Assembly: GCA_013265495.1 (NCBI GenBank) | Contig: MU058463.1 | Span: 2,565,523 to 2,629,522 of the forward strand | DNA: 64,000 nt | From: Vicugna vicugna | Taxonomy: Eukaryota | Direction of reading: 5' to 3' | Shown here: piece by piece, positions 1-13,261 of the stretch | Position numbering within the stretch: position 1 is the first letter of the stretch | Layout of the letters: every line of letters begins with the position of its first letter | Notes under the pieces: generated by a model | The model's input: only the letters and a program-made list of their open reading frames with translations | Told to the model about the DNA's origin: nothing | Database searches by the model: none | Made by a program: the position numbers and the translations under genes

Positions 1-12
1 GGGTCAGGAGAC

Positions 13-242
13 CAGGGATTGGTAGCCTCCAGCTGGGGGCCAAATGTGGCCCTCCATCTGCTCTTTGAATAAAGCCTCAATGGAGCGCAGCCATGCCCAT
101 TCATTGTCTGTGGCCCGTGCCTGCTTCCACGCCACAGGGCAGAGTGGTTGAGTGGTTGAGTGGTTGTGATGCACACTGTGCAATCTGCAAAGCCTCAGAT
201 ATTAACCATCTGGCCTTTTCAGAGAAGGTTTGTCTGTCCGTG
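13..242 (+). mobile_element. MER58A-like hAT-Charlie DNA transposon fossil (MITE)
   Basis: Colinear with the recalled MER58A consensus (cagggattgg...gggccaaatgtggccc...aataaag...cagccatgcccattc...gcaaagcctcagatatt...tctggccttttcagagaaggtttg), with decayed terminal inverted repeats. Confidence 0.85.
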
Positions 243-559
243 GAGTGGACTATACTAAATGACCTAACCCGAGACCGTTTTAGGTTCTTACACCTGCTTT
301 TTATCACTATCCTTACTCCCATTGTTAGTATGACGTTTTCCCTTCCTTGCTGTCGGGGTTCCTATCTATATATAGCAAGTTACTTGTTGATTTAAACTAC
401 TGTGGATTTAGAAAGGAGTCACAAAGCATGTTAGATGTTTTTAATGCCAGAAGCACATTGACCATCGTGATTCAGCTTTGGGTTTTGTGGCATCTACTTG
501 GCTATGCAGGGATTTTATCTTCATTTCCGAGTTCTCAGACGTGGTGGCCTCTGTTCAGC

Positions 560-995
560 CTCTTACCTCTTCTTCAGCTGGCTCCCACCTCGACGTGCTC
601 CAGTCAAGCCAAGTCACTTCTGTTTGCACACTCGTTTGCACATTCATGACCTCCTGCGTCAATCACGATTTTCCACGCTTGGAGCACCTTACTCCTTCCT
701 TATTCACTGCGTGGCCTTGTGAATGTTCCTCCACCATTTCCACCTCTGGAAGACCTTCCTGACCTCTCACTGCCCCCACTCCCAGCTCCCAGTGACACCG
801 GGGCCATGTGGTGCCGCCCTCCTTGGGACATCCTGAGCCTGTGTGATTATCTCAGTTACAGGGTTTTTATACTGTCCTGCCACTGTCTTACATGCTGCTA
901 CCTGTCAAAGACAGTGTGGGCTCCAGAAGGGCAGGCCCTACCCAGCTCGGTTCCTGACACACAGCAGGGGGTCAATAAACACTTACTGAACTGCT
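560..995 (+). mobile_element. L2 LINE 3' fragment
   Basis: Pyrimidine-rich body ending in the L2 terminus cctgacacacagcagggggtcaataaacacttactgaa. Confidence 0.7.
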
Positions 996-3366
996 TCAGT
1001 AGGTACCTAAGAGTATATTGTTTTCAAATATATAGAAATAGATCACAAAGTATAGAATAATTGTTAGGTTATGAAAATCTTAACTTAAACATTTTTAAAA
1101 GCTTTCTTACGACTTAAACATCTGTTTAATATAATCAACTAAAATATCAGACTTCAGTGTAACCCACAGCATGTTAATGCAAAACGATCAGACTTTCTCC
1201 TCCACTCAGACAGGTCAAATATTAATTTGGTAAAAATATCTGTCACATAAGAATCTTTTATTCTTTTGACATGTAATGTGTGTGTCTAAGTTGCATCACC
1301 GTGTGAGAATAAAGTATGGGCATTATTTAAATGAGGTCACATTTTCATTAATACTGAAACTGTAATGATTTGGGGTCCCCACTTCCCAATACAGATACTC
1401 AAAACATTTCCACATTTCCCCGTGTCTCACAGTTTCCTCTGAAAACAGTTCCTCCTTCAGCCTTGGGCCCGCAGCTGCAGATTTCTTGACAGCCAAGAAT
1501 CCTCTCACATCCTCTCCCTCTCCCTTCCTCTCCCTGCCTCCCCCTGCCATCTTACCTTTGTCCCTCCCAGACTCCCAGAACGAGCACAGAGAAATTCGGT
1601 CCATGCTATGGAAAAAGAGCATTTCTCTGAAGGAAACATAACTTGCAGAGATCCGACTGTCTACACGAGAGGCAACTTTTTATTACCACCCAAACCGGTT
1701 TTGCTCTTTGTAGCCACTGGTCTCAAATATCTCTATTTCAGAAGGATGTCTTTGCTTTGCATTTGAAAACGGAAAGGACTATTTGGATGATTTCCCCAGA
1801 ACTCAAGGAATAATCTGTCCCAAAAATAGTATGCAAAGAATATTAAATATTGCTTTTAAATGACACTTTCCCAGCTACCGTAAGATTTTAAACATCTTTA
1901 GGGCTCGGTTTTCACAATGGCATCTCAATTCTGCATGGGGAAGAGCAAAACATTGTGGAACGTGGCCGTTCCCAAGAGTCTGTCTTCTGTTGTACTGTGA
2001 AATCCCGAGACTCTCACAAGGAAACATGAATAGAGGAATATAAACTAATCCCTTGGTAAAATTTTGTCAAATAAAAAATCACATTGAATTAAACTTCTAA
2101 TAAATCCATTTATTTCTTGACATAGAGAAGAGATTCATCCACATGGGAAAATGCAACTTCAAAGTTCTGAGAAAGCATGCGTTACAATAACCTATTGAAA
2201 TGGAGAAGTTGTAAGACAAGTCTGTTCTCAATGACCAGCGCCCCCCTGTGCCTTCTACCTGGAAAGGCAGCTTCTAAGAGCGGCTCTTAGGGTACTTCCC
2301 AAATAAGTCCGCTTCCGCTCCCTAAATCTCTACATATGGTCGAGGATCAAAGTTAGTGCTCTGAGGAGGCTTGTGATCTGAATACCACCGTTTTCTGGTA
2401 ATAAATAATTCCTTATTTAGATCAGAAACGTAATAGAACAAAAAGGTTAGAACTGCTGAGCTCTATAATCTGACACAAAGGAAAACCTCATTCTTCAAAT
2501 TGTTGCTCACCAGTCTTTCAGTTGAAGCTTGAAAGATGTTGTTTGCAAAAAGCAGTCGAGAGGTTATAGGGGCATCTCCAGCTACAAAGCTCCTGCGGGT
2601 TTTCAAAGTACTTAACCGCTCCCTGGAAGTGCTCTTTCCCGGGGAGTGTTCAAAGCTTCCCTAGAAGATTTTTCAATATTTCCTTTCCTGCAGTCAAACT
2701 AGGCTCATTGTTTAGAAGAAATGGATTACGTGAGTGTCTTTGAACTGCATTTTGAAAGGACTATGAAGTCAAGTGGCCTTAAACAGACACATATAAGCAA
2801 TGTATAGTGAAAGGAGGATTTAAAAATATTAGTTATGGGGAGTGGGATGGGGTTGAAGTGGAGGGGTATTATGTCAGTTAAAAAGCAAACATTTTTCCTG
2901 AGAGAGCTGAATTTCAAGGGTTTTTTCCTGCATCATGGCCATAGGCCAGCCCTGCCTTTTTGAAGTGTTGCTATTTAACTCACGGTAGCTTGAACATTCT
3001 AACCACTGCATGGACAGAGCAGAGTTTTAAGGCGCTCTCAGGGCTAGTCAGGCCGAGAGGTCCACTGCTATCAAATAACCAATTAGTAAATATTTATTGA
3101 GCACAAATTGTGTGCAAGGCAATAGTGTGTTTTGTGGCATCATTTTCCTAAATCAAATTCTAATTCTGTACTTTCCAAGGCTTGGTAAAAGAAAAACATG
3201 TCTTACATTTCTATAATTAGAGGCAAAATGGGCCAATTTATTCATAAGCTAGTTTTCTCTGGGTTGAATCAAACCCTTGATTGAGTGTGTATACTTATAC
3301 CTCTATACGGTCACAAGCAATGCCTTTTCTATGAAATGACATAGTTCAGAAAAACTTCATCCTCTT

Positions 3367-3805
3367 GTGGACATAGAATGTCACCTGCCATTTCAGTGAA
3401 TAGCAAATGCTGCCCACTATCTAACCATCAGCCACCGCACTCGCCCCTGATGGCGCACCTTGAGGGGAACTCAGGATGGAGGAGAACAGGCTTGACCCCA
3501 GATAGTTAAGATGCATCTCAAAGGAATGATTTCAGTAAGCCTCACTCTTACATCTTCCCATACATAGAAAGGCACTGAAATCACTTACTTGAGATGTCTG
3601 TTTTTGTGATTAGCAGTTATCTTTCGATGTTCGACTATGTGTTTGCTTGTTTTCAGGAAAAACTATAATGTGGCTTCTGTCTTAATTCTTTGGAACAGTT
3701 CCTCAAAGCCATCTGAGAGGCTGGTTCCCAGGCTATAGTCCTCAGTAATGCCCCAAATAAAACATAATTCTCAACTTTAAGGCTGTGCATTTTTTTCAGT
3801 GGGCA
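3367..3805 (+). mobile_element. ERV1-class solo LTR
   Basis: TG...CA-like ends, aataaa at ~3757 and the U5-type tail 'ctttggaacagttcctcaaagccatctgagaggctggttcccaggctatagtcctcagt...ttttttcagtgggca'; no clear TSD. Confidence 0.7.
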
Positions 3806-5092
3806 GTTTATTGTTGCTCAAACTAGTGCTGTCACATAAAATTTAAAGTCCTAGGTGTTAGAAGTTAAAGAAAAATATAGAATTAGCAAAAGTAGATTCT
3901 AAATGAATCTCTGTCATTTTTGCATTTGAAAAAAAAAGAGCTCTTTGTGTTTTCAGGAATCTCAGACACAATTTGATAAATACATCCTAACTATCTTCAG
4001 CTTTTCCTGTCCTTACTCCTCCCATACACGAGGACATCTTACTTCACGTGTATAAATCATAGATGATGCACTCCCACTTGTGCACACACACTGACACACA
4101 CACATACACACACTCACTTGTTATTACCAACTGCTGTGTGGACAAGACAAGGCAGGGGAGACTGGGATCTAGTTGTAGCCTTACTAAGCAAGAGATAATT
4201 TTTTCTGACTGTTATTTTGTTGATGAGGAAGTCTGAGTTCTGCAAGGGCAGTTTGTTATCTGGGGGCTGAACTAAAACCAGAGCCATGTATCCTGACTCC
4301 CAGGTAAGTTTTATTTTTCTCTACCACTTCTCATTCAAGCTTAATTCACACCAAAGGTAAAGGCAAAGGCCAAGAAGAGTAAGCAAGAGTCTGTTTCTAA
4401 TTTTTTTCCAATTTGAGATCAACACTCCCGATGATGTCAGAAATTTCGCAATTAGAAAGTCAGGTCTTACGGTCAAGTCAGGATGCTGTTATATGCAAAT
4501 ACTGATAGAGAAGGTGTCACAGAATGAGGGGTGGTAATCGCATTCTTGTGGTGTAAAATGGCATGTGGCAGCTCCTGAGGCAGAATGCTCAGCTCACACT
4601 CTGGTTCTACCATTTACAATCTATTGCGTTAGTTCAAAACGCACATCCTAATGACCCCTTAAGAAAGCCAAGATAATCCAGATTTGTTCTTGGATATCTG
4701 AAAATCCCCCCACATAAGCAAGGCCCATTTTTTTGTTGTACATGAGGAAAAAAAAAACCCACAATTCATCTCACCTTCCTTTTCTTCCTTTCCTTCCTAC
4801 CAGCAACTTAATTTAGTTATGACTGTATATGTAAAATTCAATATGGTTTCTGGTGAAGCTACAATCAATAATCTGTCCACTTTTTCTGTGTCATATTGCA
4901 AGTGGGACAAATAAGCAGACACACATGTACCACAATTTTATAAGGAGGCACATTTCATCACGTCATCCATAATCTAAATTTAAAAGAAAGTTTAAATGCC
5001 ACAAAATCACACAGAGAAGATCAACACGGCATGAATTTCCTACATGGTGAAATCGCTTCATATATTTCTACTTAGAACTTTGCTAACCTTTT

Positions 5093-5513
5093 TTTTTTAA
5101 CATTTTTTATTGATTTATAATCATTTTACAATGTTGTGTCAAATTCCAGTGTTCAGCACAATTTTTCAGTCATTCATGAACATATACACACTCATTGTCA
5201 CATTTTTTTCTCTGTGATTTATCATAACATTTTGTGTATATTTCCCTGTGCTATACAGTGTAATCTTGTTTATCTATTCTACAATTTTGAAATCCCAGTC
5301 TATCCCTTCCCACCCTCCACCCCGCTGGCAACCACAAGTCTGTATTCTCTGTCTATGAGTCTATTTCTGTCCTGTATTTACGCTTTGTTTTTGTTTGTTT
5401 GTTTGTTTTTGTTTTTGTTTTTTAGATTCCACATATGAGCGATCTCATATGGTATTTTTCTTTCTCTTTCTGGCTTACTTCACTTAGAATGACATTCTCC
5501 AGGAGCATCCATG
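5093..5513 (-). mobile_element. Young 5'-truncated L1 3' end (camelid-type)
   Basis: Poly-T then L1 3'UTR (ccctccaccccgctggcaaccacaagtc...ttagattccacatatgag...ctggcttacttcacttagaatgac); TSD ttgctaacctttt (5080-5092) vs ttgttaacctttt (5514-5526). Confidence 0.92.
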
Positions 5514-7509
5514 TTGTTAACCTTTTAATTTAATACTGTATTAAGACACACGAGGGCCTTTTGAAATATGCTTGAGTTGGTAGCACTCTTTCTCACTCTC
5601 AAACTCCCACCCCCACCTCCAAAACTGCTGGAACCAAGTTTGTGAGTTCTTGCTTAGAAACCTTCCTAAACTTTCTTTCTCGTATAAAATTTTCTCATGG
5701 GTGACGACAGTATAAAGTGGTTAAGCTTGAATCTGATAGCAACTTTCGCATTTTTTTCCTCCTCTTTCATTTTATCTTTGCCACGTGTGAGGTGATGCAG
5801 GAATGTTCGGAAGAAGCAATGTGGAAGTCCCACCCGCCACTGTCCACCTCCTGAGGGAGTTCAGACTGTGAAGGGAGGGGAAGTCAGGGGAGGAGAAGTT
5901 TGACTTCAGATTAATTAGCTGAGAGAAAACAAAGAGCAAAATATGACTGAGAATGACATTAGCCAAGGGTCAGTTAAATACATAATTTCATAAAAGAACA
6001 TTTATTTTAAAATAGCCTTTGCTAATTTAAAAAATACAAATGCTTATCTTAAAATTATTTGTAACGTACAGAGATGTATAAAGAAGAAAATAAAATCATA
6101 GGCAAGTTCAATTGCGATAACTGCAATTGACATTTTCTGGTATTTTCTTTCCATCTTTTTCCTTCATTTTTATATGCAAAGTATACGTGTGTGTCCTTTA
6201 CTGAAATGCAGTATCTATATACAGTTTTAGATGCTTTTTCACTACAAATATCATGAGAATTTTCCCTGTGTATTAAACATTTGTTGAAAATATGAATTTT
6301 GTTTGCTCTATTTTATTCTCTTCTATGGAATTTATAATTCAACCCTTTTCTGTATGTGTAACATCAATTAAAGGGAATCTTTCATTTGGAATACCTTGAC
6401 TAGGCAGTGGTATCTAAAGAAAGTTACTTCATTGAAGTCCTGGTTTTCTGTTGCAGGGCTCACAGGGTCCCTACAGATCTGTTCCGAGGAGCATTTGGTG
6501 GTAGGGATGCAGGTGGTGTCATCGGCCAGGGATGAAAATAACTGAGGGTGTGATTCAAACCTTAATTCTCTCAGCTGGGCTGTGGGAGCCTTATCTGCCC
6601 CCCACCCCAAACTTCACAGCCTTTCTTCTGGATTATCTACCTACCAATTCTCTTCCTTTTCAAACCATGACAGAATATCTTCAACAGCCGCACCCTAGCT
6701 TTCCTGGCTTACTTTCTTACCTCATTCAGACTCTCCACATCCTACCTCAATCTGAGTGGTTCCCCAGATCCTGGAATTTTGCTAGAATGATTTTGTAACT
6801 TTCCTTGTTACTGCACAAAATGTTTCTTCTTGATATTTATAGGGTAAATGTTAGCTCTATTTACCTCTTTCCCTAATATGTCTTCATTTGTATGCATCTT
6901 AATGTTCTGCCTTTGTTGCATCAGTAAAGACAGGGCTTATATTACCATACAAGGGATAGGTTTGTGCTAGAATCAAAACACTTCTCTGCATTGGGCGGGG
7001 GCGGGGGGGTTGCGCACGTGAGTGCGTGCCAGAAGCTCCCTTTCAGTTCCTTTCCTCAACTTTTTCTCAGATATCACTTACAGTTTTACTTTTACCTATT
7101 GCCTTTGGACTCAGATGCCTTCTATGAAGTCTTCTTTGTGCTGGAACTAAGCAGGGGTGAGGCTGGAGCAAAGGGTAAGTATTAACCTGGGTGCCAAGTT
7201 TGAACTCAAGTGGAAACACAGTGTTTGATCAAGCAGAGATTTTAGGATGCTGAATGCTCTCCTCTGCAGTGACTATTTGCTTGGTCAGTCTAATCATATG
7301 ACCAAATAAGTTCTGATTGATGTTGGTTGAAGTTGTTGAATATATTTGCTGAACTCCAGAGCTGTTAGCAAGAACAGATCAAGAGATAGGCTCTAAGATG
7401 CAATCATTATCTTTAAGGAGTTTATAAGACATAAAATGTAAGATTTATCTGGGAGAAAAATATGAATGAAAAATACCCCTAGTATACAAAGAATTTCTGT
7501 ATAAATATA

Positions 7510-8030
7510 AAAATCGGTAGAAACTATGAAAGGCAGTTTTCCCAAGGAGAAATGCAAATGGACAATGAAGAGACCAAACTTCACTAGCCTTCAGAGACAC
7601 ACAACCAAACTGTGAGATAACTTTTTTTTCTCTAATCCTGTTCCTAACTCTTGGTTAATGTTCTGAAGGTTGATAATATCCAGTGCTGTGAGAGGAAAAA
7701 AACATTCAAATATATTAATGGTGGAAGGGTGACTATATTATTTTAGAAGAGTAAACTGGAAGTATCTTTAACAATTTAATTTTGCAAAATAACCTTTAAC
7801 TACATTCCTGTTCTGCAAATCTGCAAAGAAATAAAAGCATAAGCACAAAATGATACAGATACATGTAATATTGGTTATCATGTTGGAATAAATGGCCGTA
7901 AGGGAAATGACTGAATAAATTGTGGTACAACCACTCAGTGGAATTTTATGCAACTGTTAGAATGAGTTGAATCTGTATGTGTGGTCGTATAAAAAAGTTA
8001 CAGAATAAAGTGTATAATAAATAGAAAAAT
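7510..8030 (+). mobile_element. Old L1 (L1M-type) ORF2-end/3' fragment
   Basis: Decayed L1 motifs: aaatgcaaatggacaat, ataatatccagtgctg, tgactgaataaattgtggtaca...gtggaattttatgcaactgtta. Confidence 0.55.
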
Positions 8031-10336
8031 ATCCTCATGTATTTTAGAGTATATGTTTATATATTTTCTAGGAACATTGGAACAGGTGTAGACGTGACAT
8101 GATGGAGAGAAAATGAATGGCATTTGCTATCAATCTTTGCTAGAGGGAAAAAAATGACTTGATATTGACTCAACAAACGAGCAACTGCTGAAACTTTTAA
8201 TGTGTATGAGGCCGTGTGAGGCCCTGGGGAGAATACAGATATATGAGATGGAGTTACTGACCTCCAGATACATTTTAATCTAGTTAGGATGAAAATGAAC
8301 ACATATAAAACAACATGAAAACAGGAGAGTGCGTAATTACATGCTAGGTTGTATGGCGTGGGCTCCAGGTGCAGTGGTAATTTCAGAGGAGAGGTTGATC
8401 CAGAAGAATGGAGGTGGGAGAGTGGTGGAGGGGAGCTCATGGGGAAAAAGTAGTCACATTGTATCTAGCGAGAGGCCACTGCTTGCCTTCTTTTGTTTCT
8501 CTTTTTTCTCTGCCTTTATTCATCTTAGACTTTCACTGATGTCCATCCGATCTTCTTATTTGCCTTTGACTTCACTGTTGTTAATACTTGCTTAGTATTT
8601 TGAGCTCTGAGTCACTTGGACCTCAGTTAATTCTCAAGGGTGACTTTGAACCTTTTTCACCAGCCTCAGTCCCTTGGAATAAACATTCAAAGACTTTAGT
8701 CAACTACCCAAGTTCTATCTGTCCCCATCTTTATTGACATTGGGAAACATGACAAGTACCATAGCATTCAGTTATGGTTCATCTTCAGTCAGAAATCCAG
8801 GTTAGGACTCTAAAGGGCTTGTTTAATTCCTGCCTCTCACGCTGTTAAAATAAGTGAGAGTGAACCACGCTGGTTGAGTTTTGCCATTCTACAGCCAGCT
8901 CATTATGATTACACACTCCCAGCCTCAATTAAGCAAGTTTCTGTGCAGTGGGAGGGGGTCGTTTTGTGAGTGAATTTGAATGTCTGCATAGATCAGCATT
9001 ATTGTTAATCACATCTGCACTTACATATATTTATATGCACACTCACAAGTGCAAAGATGCAGTTTCAAACTTAATTAAAAATAGAAAGCAACCTAAAGTG
9101 TGCTGGTATTTCCCCTGACTTCAGCATGATCTACCACTTTGACAAAATTTCATAAATCTCCTGCAATAGAAAATTCTACCGCACAGAATCATTTTATGCA
9201 GCAATATAGGTACTTAAAATATTCAACAACTTTCATCATGTTTTGCCTCTTGGTACATGGGATTTTTATGTATTTAATAGTTACATATGCTATATATTTT
9301 AAACAGTATTTTTTACTAATGGTCCCCCACAGTACATTTTTCTGAAACTCTAACATCTGTGTTTTGTTCTTGCAGCTCATGATGATAATCTTAAATTGAG
9401 CACATCCAACCACAGAGGGCAGATTAGCCAGCGATTTTTTTTAAGGTGGCTGGATCCAGTGATGTAGGCGTCAGAAGTTATCAAGTCATGACAGAAATGC
9501 CTCCCCCACCCCTCACTTTTTGCAGAGCAGTTCCGATCTGGCATCTGAGCAGCTCCTGCTGTTGCCAGGCCTGTAGCAGGTACACAGAAATTCAGAGGAG
9601 AGGAACCGTGGGGAATGTTCATTGGTTATTTATTTATAAACGTGCGGTGCCACATCATGTAAAATTAACACCTTTAATGGGCTCCGGCCTCAGTTGCTTG
9701 AAGGACGGGCTTTCGCCAGCCAAGGCCGCCCACCGGCTTCCAGGCAGCGTTGCTGTGTGTTTGCTCTGGGCTGCGGGCTTTGTGGAACCTACCTGCCGAA
9801 GTCTCCCTGGTGCTCAGCTGGTCAGCAAAGGTCTGTCCCATTAGAGAGAATGTTCAGGAAGAGGAATCTTTGGGGCTTTTGTGGCTGAAAAGACAAGTGA
9901 TTACTTGGGAGCGTAAATTCCTTTCTCTCTCTAGTTAATGAAGAGATTTACTCCCACGTTCATTTATTATAAATTGAGGGACGGAGTGGTTTCTCCCATG
10001 TGCCAGCATCCAGAGGGTCCCTTTCTGGAAAAGTTCATAAATAATCAACGTTTACAATGAAAAGGTTTTGTAAGCATTATCTTTTCCTGTCACAAAAATT
10101 CCCTCATGCTTCTAAGGGAAGACCAGTGTAATCTGCAGACAAAGATTTTGGAACCAAAATGGCTTTATGCATAGAGGGTGGATGTAAGTGTTGGGGGATT
10201 TTGGAGAAAGATCTCACCTTCCACCCACCTAGCTCACTGTTCCTGCTTCAGTGCCTAAAATTTAAGTCTAACTTTATAGCATTATTCAAATACAAATGAT
10301 GTCTTGTTGGGGGGCGGGAAACAGCACACCTTTAGT

Positions 10337-10650
10337 CATTCAACAAACATTTGTCAGTTTATTATGTGCTGAGAATTGCACTTGGTAGGTACACAGTCTC
10401 CTAAGAGCTTGTGATCTAATGGAAGAGAGAGACAAGTGACAGAAAACTAAAAGCCAGCTTAAACTATTACAGCTGGGGTGGCTGTTGAGTGCTAGGGAAA
10501 TGCAGACGAAGGAAGGATTAATTTTGCCTGAAGAAATCGGGAAAGCTTTCCTGGAGGAAGTGATATTTGAGCTTGAAGAATGGATAAGCATTTTTCAAGG
10601 TGAGAAGAAAAAACAATTCCAGGTAATTTTCAAGGGAACAATGTAGACAT
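10337..10650 (-). mobile_element. L2 LINE 3' fragment
   Basis: tcattcaacaaacatttg terminus and gggaaagctttcctggaggaagtgatatttgagct body. Confidence 0.75.
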
Positions 10651-11304
10651 GGGTATAACAGTGACTTGTGTTTGAAGGCCTGCCAGAGGCCACTCCTGTG
10701 TGCAGGGCCAAGCACTGTGTGGCATGCGTTAGGCGTGCCGTCCAGCCCACTTCTTAAAAGGGAGATGCATCATCACTGTTTTTCATATGGAAAAACAGAG
10801 GAGGCCCTGAGAGATCAAATGACTTGCCCAGTCTGTGTTTCATATCGGACCCCCTACTCCCACGCATACGGCCTTGCTTTGACCTTGCGGCATCCTCTGC
10901 TGCCCTCTTGCACAGTTGTGAGGGAATGTGACCTGTTTGGGGGAAAGGCTGAGATCTTACATGGCTGTGAGGTGACAGGGAGGGGCTCAGGGAAGTCAGG
11001 GTGGGGCCAGATGGTGGTGAGCCTTGAATGATGCAAGAAGCTTGAACGTGATCCTCTATCCTGTAGGCAATGAAAAGCCAGCCATCGGAGGCTTTTATGG
11101 GTATGTGTGTGTGTGTGAGATCCACATGGCAGGTGAAATTGCAGAGGGAGGTCGTGTTGGTTGGTGGGAGGGAGGCAGGGCAGTCCACCTATGAGGTATA
11201 ACATAGGCCTAAATGTAGGTCTTCCATTAACAGCAGTAGAAAAGTTGACCAGTTCAGGATGTAAGAGTATTTGGCCTTTGGTGGCACACAGACCTGTAGC
11301 TTAA

Positions 11305-11505
11305 CAGCTATGGGGCCTTAGGCAAATTATTTAACCTCCCTTCACATAGTCATAATGCAGGCTTCGGTCTCCTCATATATAAAAAGAGGGTAACAGTAGT
11401 TTCCATATCAGACTATTGTGAAAGATTAAATAAGATAATAATCTGAGTAATACATTTGTCCAGTGCTTGGCTCACTGCAAATTTCCAATTACAGGTGACT
11501 GTTAT
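11305..11505 (+). mobile_element. MIR SINE
   Basis: MIR core: ccttaggcaaattatttaacctc...ctcatatataaaa...ttgtgaaagattaaataagataat. Confidence 0.7.
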
Positions 11506-11537
11506 GCTATGGACACCCTCCAAGGAGAGGTACTTTT

Positions 11538-11695
11538 TAAAAAAAAATTTACTTTATTTAAAAACATTTTTTTTGTGGGGGGAGATAATTAGGTTTATTT
11601 ATTTGCTTATTTTTAGATGAAGCACTGGGGATTGAACGCAAGACCTTGTATTTGCTAAGCATGTGCCCTACCACTTGAGCTACATCCTCCTCCCT
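11538..11695 (-). mobile_element. tRNA-derived SINE (camelid Vic-1-like)
   Basis: Minus strand reads gggaggaggatgTAGCTCAAGTGGtagggcacatgcttagc...GTTCAATCCccagt then an A-rich tail (Pol III A and B boxes); TSD caaggagaggtacttt (11521-11536) vs caaggagagttacttt (11696-11711). Confidence 0.9.
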
Positions 11696-12424
11696 CAAGG
11701 AGAGTTACTTTATCAGACTGTTTCCTGAGTGCCCCGTGAAAGCCCTGAGTAAATGGGGCTTTGAACACTCACTGATGTGTGCAATGGGGTGGTAGGTAGA
11801 ATGGAAAATTGTAGAGCATTTACTCAGAATGAGAACTGGGCCTGTACAATGACGCCCAGAATGGGATGAGAAAGAGAAGACCAAAGGAAGACTGAGGGCA
11901 AGCAGTCCTTCCCCAAGGGGCACTTGAAATGAACTTGGTGCCAGATAAATATTTACATCTTAATAGTGTTACATCTATTTTAAATGGCAATAATGAAGTC
12001 CACCTTTTCCCCTCCATTCACTGTGGTGGTATAAAGTGGATCTATTTAAAGATAAGTATTAAATGAATAAGAGTGCAAGAGCTATGTGACTACAGCAGAC
12101 ATTGTGAGTCTGGTCTGAAGTTGGGGACATGTGGCACTAATGGACGTGGTCTTCTCCAGGGCAGGGACCTGGTGGTTTCACCAAATCACATGCCCTGCCA
12201 GGGCTCTGGGAGCACTTTACTTGAGTTTTAGCATCAAGCCTTGTGTACTACTGTCGTCTTTGAGAGCATCTCTTGCTGTCTCTGCTCTGAAACAGGGCAG
12301 TTTCTACTAACAATTCAAATTCTAGACTCTTAGAGGGCTTCGTATGTACTTGCTGAATTTACATTGAATTCATCAAGGAGACATGTGATGCTCTGGATGG
12401 TGTTCAGCAGGGAATTATAAGAAA

Positions 12425-12670
12425 TGATTAGGAGCACAGGTTTAGAGTCACACAGACCCGGGTTCAAGTCCCTGTTCCACCTGTGAATAGTCACTTAACC
12501 TTGGATATTTCACTTAACCACTCTGAGTCTCACGTTCCTCATCTGTAAAGTAGTGATTTAATAATAATAGTATTGATCTCACAGGGCTATTGTGCACACC
12601 AGATAATATAGATGATGCAAAGTACTTTGTAGGCTTGTCAGAAATATTTAATAAATATTTCTTGTTATCA
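12425..12670 (+). mobile_element. MIR SINE, near full length
   Basis: gagcacagg...cccgggttcaagtcc...cacttaaccactctgagtctcacgttcctcatctgtaaagt...ctcacagggctattgtg...aataaatatt. Confidence 0.85.
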
Positions 12671-13261
12671 TATTAATATCATACTAGCTATGATCACTGG
12701 AAGTCAGTGGGTTTTATAGGTACAGTGCACAGTGTCGTGTCTGTTTTGGGAGGGACTGCATGGTTTATCTATCACCCAGCTTGGGATCTGGCACATAAAC
12801 TTTTGCTGAATAAATGGGTGAATGAATAAGCCTTGGAAGAAGAAGTGAAGTGAGCCGATTTTGCACAATTTGATGACATTTTGACATATATGCTTTAATA
12901 AACTTCATAGTCAAGACAGCTTGTATTTGCCAAGGCAGAAGTCAATGGTCACCGTCCTTTTAAAGGGTGATGGGCTGTCAGCATGCATATCAGCCAGTAT
13001 CACCTTTGCTTTTTGCATTGCCAGAGGTATCTCAGGTGAAACCAGGACAGTGGTGAGGCTCTTCATAAGCAAAAAGCACTTGGGGCAATACAGGACCCAG
13101 CAATTACAGCTCACACAGCGTTATAATTCCAGAGTCTGAGAGGCTGAATTATTTTACTCATCTAAGAAATGCAATAATTTCCTCTAAATATTCTGCCTCA
13201 AGAATAACGTTACTTAAAAAAAAGAATAATGTTACTGATAAAATTTGAAGTGCTTTTTGAC

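Noticed and set aside
6990..7176. GC-box/E-box run followed by a possible exon ending in a gtaagt donor
   Set aside because: No CpG island; the G-run and alternating purine-pyrimidine tract look like a decayed simple repeat, and no partner exon could be linked
11620..11695. tRNA-like sequence
   Set aside because: It is a SINE head with A-tail and TSD, not a tRNA gene
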